A stretch of DNA of 64,000 bases, taken from the NCBI GenBank assembly GCA_965116495.1, contig OZ220696.1, forward strand, positions 1,248,001 to 1,312,000. Reading direction: 5' to 3'. The notes below the pieces were generated by a model. It ran no database searches. It had not been told where the DNA came from and worked only from the letters and a program-made list of their open reading frames with translations. A program made the translations under genes and the position numbers. Shown here one piece after another: positions 57,815-64,000 of this stretch. Positions within the stretch are counted from its first letter, which is position 1. Each line of letters begins with the position of its first letter. This stretch comes from Gammaproteobacteria bacterium (lineage in GTDB: Bacteria > Pseudomonadota > Gammaproteobacteria > Eutrophobiales > Eutrophobiaceae).

Positions 57815-58861
57815 CTATAAGTTTACCGCCTGGGCGTAGTAACAGGTTCCGTTGCGTATCTCTTTTGTCAGTTTCCCCCGGTTGTGCAGGTATTCAAGGT
57901 GCGCCAGGGTTTCGCCGAAGGCCATGATACGGTTGAACTCGTCCAGCCGGCGGGTAAACAACCTGGGCGCCACGTCCCAGGCATTGCCGGGGGCTTCACA
58001 CAAGTCGTAGACCTTGTTTAATTGCCTGTCGTGGCTATGGTTGATCGCAGCGATGCGCTTGTATAGGCCGGTGAATATACGGCCGTGTGACGGCAACACC
58101 AGCGTGTCCTCCGGCAATTCCGCAAAGCGGGTCATGGAGGACAGGTAATCGTCCAGGGCGTCTTCATCGTCGTTGTTGACGTGCAGGCCCACGTTGCTGG
58201 TAATGGTCGGCAGCACCTGGTCGCCGGATATCAGTAGTTTCAGGGCCGGACAGTACAGCGCCAGGTGGTCTTCCGCATGGCCGCACACCACCATGGGCTG
58301 CCATTCATGCGCGCCTATGGGTATGGGCTGTTCGTGGTCGATATAAGTTACGGTTTCCGGCAATGCCGTGACCACTGTTCGATACAGCTGCCCGGTAGTA
58401 AACGACAGGTACTGATCCTGTTCCCGGATCCCGTGTAACCGGCAAAATGCATTAACGGATTCTTTCCAGTCAGCGGTCTTGCTGTCAAGCAGGAAGCGGG
58501 TCCTGACTGCCGTCATCTCGGTCATGGCCAGTTCCGCCTGGAATTTATCCCCCAGGTAGCCGGCCATACCGACGTGATCGGGATGGAAATGGGTAACTAT
58601 AATCCTGCCGACGGGCTTGTCCTGCACCAGTTCGGTTGCGATCTTATCCCAGGCATTGCGGGCTTCACCCCAGGAAATGCCCGTATCAACCAGCGTCCAG
58701 GAGTCACCGGCGTCCAGCAGCCAGAGGTTAATGTGATCCAGCTTTCCCGGCAACGGGACCCTCAACCAGAATATGCCCGGCCGGATTTCCAGGTGGCCGC
58801 CCGGTTCAGGCACGGCATCCAGGGGGTAATGAATTGAAAAATCAGTACTGCTCATGGACAA
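57815..58861 (-). CDS. MBL-fold metallo-hydrolase
   Basis: LVDTG, THFHPDHVG, GHAEDH, SGDQVL, PSHG. Confidence 0.92.
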   Translation of the reverse strand: MSMSSTDFSIHYPLDAVPEPGGHLEIRPGIFWLRVPLPGKLDHINLWLLDAGDSWTLVDTGISWGEARNAWDKIATELVQDKPVGRIIVTHFHPDHVGMAGYLGDKFQAELAMTEMTAVRTRFLLDSKTADWKESVNAFCRLHGIREQDQYLSFTTGQLYRTVVTALPETVTYIDHEQPIPIGAHEWQPMVVCGHAEDHLALYCPALKLLISGDQVLPTITSNVGLHVNNDDEDALDDYLSSMTRFAELPEDTLVLPSHGRIFTGLYKRIAAINHSHDRQLNKVYDLCEAPGNAWDVAPRLFTRRLDEFNRIMAFGETLAHLEYLHNRGKLTKEIRNGTCYYAQAVNL

Positions 58862-58904
58862 AATAAGGACAGTATAAGGATATATAGGGTTAGTGTAAGA
58901 ATAT

Positions 58905-59660
58905 TCAGAACTCGATCTCTATCTGCCAGTGCGGGGTGTGTGCGGCGCTGCCTTGCGTCAGGCCGACCAGCCAGATCAGGTTCAGTTCCACGGTGACGTC
59001 GCCGACCTTCACGTCGCGGTAAAACGCCGGTCCCAGCCGGTGGTCCTGTTCCGATAATACCGGCAGGTACTTGATTTCACCCGGCGCGCCGAAGGCCTCG
59101 AAGCCGATGGCGGTATCATCATCCAGGCTGTACTTTGTGCGCCAGATATACTCCAGTTCAGTGCTCTCGTCCGCGGCGCTGCCGAACTGCTGCTCAATGT
59201 TCACGTTCAGGATATGCTCGAAACGGCCCGAGACACGGCGGAACAGGAAGCGTCCTTCCAGGTTATGCGGTTCATCACCTTCGTCGTTCACCTCAATTTC
59301 CGTGTGGAACCCGAAATCCAGCCAGTACCTGCCTTCCCCGGTGAGTTGCAACGTGTTCTCCCAACCCAGGATGTCGTACTTGACCCCTTTCCCGGCAGGT
59401 TCTATGAAGCTGGCAGTGATGGACGTGGCCCAGAAATCATTCACCCCGTACTCGAGCTCGAATTCCTGGTGCTTGAAGCCGTGGTACTCGTCATCATCGT
59501 CGATGACCACGTTGCCGATAACCTCGAATTGCATGTCTCCCTTTTCCACGATTGGCGAATACACCTTCATGTCCGTGAGGTCGGCCCGGACGTAGACGGG
59601 CGATGCGACAGCAATCACGGCTACGGGAAGCAGGAGATTCCTTACAGGGGGAAACATCAT
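58905..59660 (-). CDS. putative outer-membrane beta-barrel protein
   Basis: Signal peptide, VYSPIVEKG, ELEYGVNDFW, C-terminal WQIEIEF. Confidence 0.7.
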   Translation of the reverse strand: MMFPPVRNLLLPVAVIAVASPVYVRADLTDMKVYSPIVEKGDMQFEVIGNVVIDDDDEYHGFKHQEFELEYGVNDFWATSITASFIEPAGKGVKYDILGWENTLQLTGEGRYWLDFGFHTEIEVNDEGDEPHNLEGRFLFRRVSGRFEHILNVNIEQQFGSAADESTELEYIWRTKYSLDDDTAIGFEAFGAPGEIKYLPVLSEQDHRLGPAFYRDVKVGDVTVELNLIWLVGLTQGSAAHTPHWQIEIEF

Positions 59661-59800
59661 GTTTAATCCTGGTGAAAAGTCCATACATGATAACGGGAAT
59701 ATATCCTGAAAGACAGGTAAACGAAAACAGCAACAGCTTCCGGACTGTGATAGACAAAATCCCAATAGCTTGAAAATGTTCTATACAGTATTATCTACTA

Positions 59801-60055
59801 ATGGGAAGGTTGGATAAGGCATTAAGGAAGATGAAGCGCAATCCTCGTGACTGGCGCATTGAAGAACTGGAATCTATTGCCCGGAGGCTGCATATGAAGA
59901 TATTTAAGGGCGTGGGCAGTCATGTAATATTCAAGCATGACGGTTCTTCGAGAGCATTGTCCATCCCTGCTGAGCGACCTGTAAAACCTGTATATATACG
60001 ACAGTTTCTGGACATTGTGAACGAGATTTTGGGGCAAGATGATGAGCAAAATTAG
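59801..60055 (+). CDS. hicA: HicA-family toxin
   Basis: GSHVIFKH, SIPAERPVKPVYIRQFL; overlaps the hicB start. Confidence 0.88.
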   Translation: MGRLDKALRKMKRNPRDWRIEELESIARRLHMKIFKGVGSHVIFKHDGSSRALSIPAERPVKPVYIRQFLDIVNEILGQDDEQN

Positions 60056-60320
60056 ATTTGAAGATTATCCCCATGAAATACGACCCCTATCCCGGGAAGA
60101 AGGAGGCGGTTATCTAATTATCTTTCCAGACTTGCCGGGCTGTATGTCGGACGGTGATACGCCTGAAGAGGTGTTGGAAAACGGTAAGGACGCATTTCAA
60201 TGTTGGATAACTGCTGCTGAAATGGAAAAAGCGCCTATACCGAGACCTTCTTCCATACACACATCTGCCGGGCCTGACGTCCCGGATTCCACCTCCCCCC
60301 CTGTTCAGCAGGTCGCCTGA
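60039..60320 (+). CDS. hicB: HicB-family antitoxin (short)
   Basis: EEGGGYLIIFPDLPGCMSDGDTPEE...PIPRP. Confidence 0.9.
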   Translation: MMSKIRFEDYPHEIRPLSREEGGGYLIIFPDLPGCMSDGDTPEEVLENGKDAFQCWITAAEMEKAPIPRPSSIHTSAGPDVPDSTSPPVQQVA

Positions 60321-61163
60321 CTACCCAAACCTCGTCGAAAACCTGAACACCCTGGCGTCGCACACGTCGATGCAGCGGCCGCAGTTTGTGCAGTCGCCAT
60401 GCAGGATAACCGTCGTGTCGGTATCTGCTTCGGGTTTCAGGGCTGGCATGATTACATGGGGTTCCGGGCAGACACGGAAACAGTCGCCGCAGTCGGTACA
60501 TGCGCTGCGCTCGGCGGCGTTCATGCGCGCCAGCGAATGCCTGCCGATGAGGCCGTAGAACGCGCCCACCGGGCACAGGTGGCTGCACCAGCCCCGGCGC
60601 GTGACCACCAGGTCGAACAGGAACACGGCCAGCACGATGACCCAGGCCAGCCCCATCCCGAACACCAGCCCCCGTTGCAGCATGGTGATCGGGTTCACCG
60701 CCTCCCAGGCGATGGTGCCGGTGACGGCCGAAACGACCAATGCTGTGAGCATGATCCAGATGCGCGTCGATTTTTTCACGGACCAGCTTAAATTGAGCTT
60801 CAGCCTGTTCCTCAGGCAGTGCGCAGCATCCGTAACAATGTTGATCGGACAGACCCAGGAACAGTACACCCGGCCGCCGACCAGGAAATAAAAAATCAGG
60901 ATGGCGGTGGCGCCGATGACTGCCGGTTGAGCCACGGCATGGCCGGAAGCGAGGGACTGCAGCAGGATGAACGGGTCGGTGAGGCTGATTTTATCGAGTA
61001 CGACGCTGGAGGCAAGGTTGCCTTTCAACCACCAGATGCCGAACCAGGGGCCGATCAGGAACAGGAACAGGATGGAAAACTGCGACGTCCGGCGCAGTAA
61101 TAACCACTTGTTCCTTTGCCACAGGCCGCGTTCGGCTGTTCCAGCGGGCGCCACTGTGCTCAT
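60321..61163 (-). CDS. napH: quinol dehydrogenase membrane ferredoxin subunit NapH
   Basis: WLLLRR, GRVYCSWVCP, GWCSHLCPVG, two CxxCxxCxxxC; ATGA overlap with napG. Confidence 0.92.
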   Translation of the reverse strand: MSTVAPAGTAERGLWQRNKWLLLRRTSQFSILFLFLIGPWFGIWWLKGNLASSVVLDKISLTDPFILLQSLASGHAVAQPAVIGATAILIFYFLVGGRVYCSWVCPINIVTDAAHCLRNRLKLNLSWSVKKSTRIWIMLTALVVSAVTGTIAWEAVNPITMLQRGLVFGMGLAWVIVLAVFLFDLVVTRRGWCSHLCPVGAFYGLIGRHSLARMNAAERSACTDCGDCFRVCPEPHVIMPALKPEADTDTTVILHGDCTNCGRCIDVCDARVFRFSTRFG

Positions 61164-61813
61164 GCGGTCCTGGCGCTGTCGTGTTTGGCAAGGTGCCTTG
61201 GCAATACCTTGATGGAAGCCTCGTCGGTCACGCAACCCTGCTCACACTTCCCGCACCCGGTACAACTCCCGGCGTGTACGGTAGGTTCGAAATAGGTGCG
61301 GGTACCTACCCTTTTCTGCTCCATGGTAATGGCTTCATCCTTGATCGGGCAGGCGATATAGCAGGCCCGGCAATGTGCTATGCCGGTTACGCTGTAACAG
61401 GTGTCCGGACCCGTCAGCACGGCTACGCCCATGTCCGCGTCCCGGATATCCGTGAGTTCCTTGCTCAAGGCATCCGTCGGACACGCCGCAACGCAGGGAA
61501 TGTCCTCGCACATCTCGCAGGGTATGTCCCGGGCTATGAAATAAGGCGTTCCCGTCGCCACTTCGGAGCCGAATTCGGCGAGCTTGAGGGTGTCGTAGGG
61601 GCAATCCCTGACGCACAGGCCGCAGCGTACACAGGCGCCGGGGAAATCCTCTTCCGCAATCGCTCCGGGGGGACGAATGGCCCAGGCCGGCGTGGCAACC
61701 GACTGCTTCGAGTATGAGCCAAGCAACAGGCCCATGATACTCATGGAGCCCACCGTGTGGGCGCACTGGCCGATGAACTGGCGGCGGTTCAGGTTGTTCT
61801 GTTTATTATCCAA
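61160..61813 (-). CDS. napG: periplasmic ferredoxin-type protein NapG
   Basis: Tat RRQF, RPPGA, CVRCGLC, PCEMCEDIPC, CTGCGKC. Confidence 0.92.
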   Translation of the reverse strand: MDNKQNNLNRRQFIGQCAHTVGSMSIMGLLLGSYSKQSVATPAWAIRPPGAIAEEDFPGACVRCGLCVRDCPYDTLKLAEFGSEVATGTPYFIARDIPCEMCEDIPCVAACPTDALSKELTDIRDADMGVAVLTGPDTCYSVTGIAHCRACYIACPIKDEAITMEQKRVGTRTYFEPTVHAGSCTGCGKCEQGCVTDEASIKVLPRHLAKHDSARTA

Positions 61814-61841
61814 ACTGTTTCCTGTTGCCCTGTTAATTTCC

Positions 61842-61907
61842 GGGTTCCGGCCTGCGCCGGAACGACGACCCCTGCGCCGGAACGACGACGCGTGCGCCGG
61901 AACGACG
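61842..61907 (+). repeat. three tandem 20-bp units derived from a REP-like hairpin element
   Basis: c(c/g)tgcgccggaacgacg at 61851, 61871, 61891; the first copy forms the hairpin ttccggc-ctgc-gccggaa. Confidence 0.8.
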
Positions 61908-61965
61908 GCACCGGTTACATCTCGCTGTCAATTGTACTATACTTCATCCCCACTGTAGTTCTCCG

Positions 61966-62079
61966 TTATCTGAGGAGCGTTGCGACGGGTGCGGCACCAG
62001 TCCGGACCTGCCAGGCTCAGATAAACACGATGAGCAACCTCCGGTTTGTGCGGAGTTTCCATTAACAAACGGCGCTCAC
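61966..62079 (+). ncRNA. SAH riboswitch
   Basis: P1 ttatctgag/ctcagataa, conserved GAGGAGCGTTGC...CCAGGCTC, 3' pseudoknot strand AACGGCGCTCA; upstream of metH. Confidence 0.88.
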
Positions 62080-62164
62080 TTAAATTGTTGAATAACAAGA
62101 TAAGTGAGGCAGACCGGCTTGATCACTTCCCTGCCCCTTGTCCGGACGTAACTGAATTGACGAC

Positions 62165-64000
62165 ATGGGTGGCGCGACCGAACAACAATTACGCAGCCTG
62201 CTGAAGCAACGCATCCTGTTGCTGGACGGGGCCATGGGCACCATGATCCAGTCCTATGACCTGCAGGAAAGCGATTTTCGCGGCGAACGGTTTGCCGGTC
62301 ACGGTTGTGAACTGAAAGGCAACAACGACCTGCTGACCCTCACGCAACCGGGTATTATCACGGCCATACACGCCGCGTTTCTCGACGCGGGCGCCGATAT
62401 CATCTGCACCAATACCTTCAATTCCAGCGCCATCGCCATGGCTGATTACCAACTGGCAGACCGGGCATACGAATTGAACCGCACCGGCGCCGTGTTGGCC
62501 CGGGACGTTGCCGATGCAAAATCGACACAGGAGAAACCCCGTTTCGTTGCCGGTGTACTGGGTCCGACCAACCGTACCGCCTCCATTTCTCCGGACGTCA
62601 ACCGGCCCGGATTCCGCAACATCAGTTTCGGGGAACTGGCGCAGGCCTACACCACGTCCGTACGGGGACTGGTGGAAGGCGGGGTGGACATCCTGTTGCT
62701 GGAGACCATATTCGATACGCTTAACGCCAAGGCTGCCCTGTTCGCAATCGAGACCTTTTTTGAGGAAAGCGGCCGCCGCTTGCCCCTGATCATCTCCGGC
62801 ACCATCACCGACGCCTCGGGCCGGACCCTTACCGGCCAGACCACTGCCGCGTTCTGGCATTCGGTACGACATGCCAATCCACTCGCAATAGGTCTTAATT
62901 GTGCTTTGGGCGCCAAAGACTTGCGTCAGTATATTCAAGAACTTTCTAATATAGCGGACACCCACGTAAGCATCTACCCCAACGCCGGCCTGCCCAACGA
63001 ATTCGGCGAATACGACGAGACACCCGAATACATGGCCGATGTGCTCGAGGAGTTTGCCGCAAGCGGTTTTCTCAACATCGTCGGCGGTTGTTGCGGCACC
63101 ACCCCCGAACACATCCGCCGTATCCACGAGCAGGTCTGCAGGCGCACCCCCCGGGTTATCCCGGAAATTCCGCCTTATTGCCGTTTGAGCGGCCTTGAGG
63201 CGCTCACCGTTACCGCCGCGGCCAACTTCATCAATATCGGTGAGCGCACCAACGTGGCCGGCTCCCCGAGGTTTCTCAAACTTGTCAAGAACGGCAACCT
63301 GGCCGAAGCCCTGGAAATCGCCCGCCAGCAAGTGGAAAACGGCGCCCAGCTTATCGATGTGTGCATGGATGAGGGCTTGCTGGATTCAGAGCAGTTGATG
63401 CAGGATTTTCTCATGCTGGTTGCCGGCGAACCGGATATCAGCCGGGTACCGGTCATGATCGATTCGTCGCGCTGGTCCGTCATCGAAGCCGGACTGCGTT
63501 GCGTACAGGGCAAGTGCGTAGTGAACTCCATCAGCCTGAAGGAAGGCGAGGAAATCTTCAGGCAGCAGGCGCGCCTGGTCAGGCGCTACGGCGCGGCCGT
63601 CGTCGTGATGTGTTTCGACGAACACGGGCAGGCGGACACCACCGAACGGCGTTTCGCGGTGGCGCAACGTTGCTACCGCATCCTCGTGGACGAGGTCGGT
63701 TTCCCACCGGAAGACATCATCTTCGATCCGAACATCCTCACCGTGGCCACCGGCATGGAGGAACATAACAACTATGCGGTATCGTTTTTTGAAGCCAGCC
63801 GCCTGATCAAGGAACACCTGCCCCGCGCCGCGGTCAGCGGCGGCCTGAGCAACGTGTCATTCTCTTTCCGGGGCAACAATCCCGTGCGCGAGGCAATGCA
63901 CACCGCGTTCCTGTACCACGCGGTCAGGTCGGGGATGGACATGGCGATTGTCAATGCCGGGCAACTGGGCATTTACGATGAGATCCCGCCGGACCTGCTG
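62165..64000 (+). CDS. metH: B12-dependent methionine synthase, 3'-truncated by the window edge
   Basis: [71 protein letters not shown]; absent from the ORF track because there is no stop in the window. Confidence 0.97.
   Translation, partial: MGGATEQQLRSLLKQRILLLDGAMGTMIQSYDLQESDFRGERFAGHGCELKGNNDLLTLTQPGIITAIHAAFLDAGADIICTNTFNSSAIAMADYQLADRAYELNRTGAVLARDVADAKSTQEKPRFVAGVLGPTNRTASISPDVNRPGFRNISFGELAQAYTTSVRGLVEGGVDILLLETIFDTLNAKAALFAIETFFEESGRRLPLIISGTITDASGRTLTGQTTAAFWHSVRHANPLAIGLNCALGAKDLRQYIQELSNIADTHVSIYPNAGLPNEFGEYDETPEYMADVLEEFAASGFLNIVGGCCGTTPEHIRRIHEQVCRRTPRVIPEIPPYCRLSGLEALTVTAAANFINIGERTNVAGSPRFLKLVKNGNLAEALEIARQQVENGAQLIDVCMDEGLLDSEQLMQDFLMLVAGEPDISRVPVMIDSSRWSVIEAGLRCVQGKCVVNSISLKEGEEIFRQQARLVRRYGAAVVVMCFDEHGQADTTERRFAVAQRCYRILVDEVGFPPEDIIFDPNILTVATGMEEHNNYAVSFFEASRLIKEHLPRAAVSGGLSNVSFSFRGNNPVREAMHTAFLYHAVRSGMDMAIVNAGQLGIYDEIPPDLL

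Noticed and set aside
61851-61907. Possible mini-CRISPR
   Set aside because: The units are contiguous 20-mers with no unique spacers, and there are no cas genes.
62189-63331. 380-aa minus-strand ORF
   Set aside because: Antisense to metH, which is clearly on the plus strand.

Overview
Bacterial DNA, probably from a gammaproteobacterium (inferred from metH, napGH and tRNA context). Positions 1 to ~56,560 are a dense catabolic cluster of about 52 genes. It encodes CoA-transferases, a racemase, four acyl-CoA dehydrogenases, crotonases, MaoC hydratases, a thiolase with an HMGS-like/DUF35 partner, two Rieske dioxygenases with ferredoxin and reductase, an extradiol dioxygenase, a P450, a fused indolepyruvate oxidoreductase, an AtuA pair and a TonB receptor. 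The cluster ends at the 3' end of a tRNA-Thr(CGT) gene. Beyond the tRNA lie housekeeping-like genes: an HDAC-family deacetylase, an MBL hydrolase, hicAB, napGH, and an SAH riboswitch upstream of metH. Two signals stand out. First, an 18-bp palindrome (consensus ATATAGCATATGCTATAT) occurs 12 times, plus one shortened copy, always intergenic and at almost every promoter of the cluster. This defines a probable single regulon, most simply controlled by the lone TetR gene. Second, three paralogous APH-type kinases with an LvaB/DUF6285-like N-terminus co-occur with three paralogous uncharacterised GYRDHS-motif proteins, suggesting an undescribed phosphorylation-dependent catabolic module. All functional calls rest on motif recognition by eye; no searches were run.
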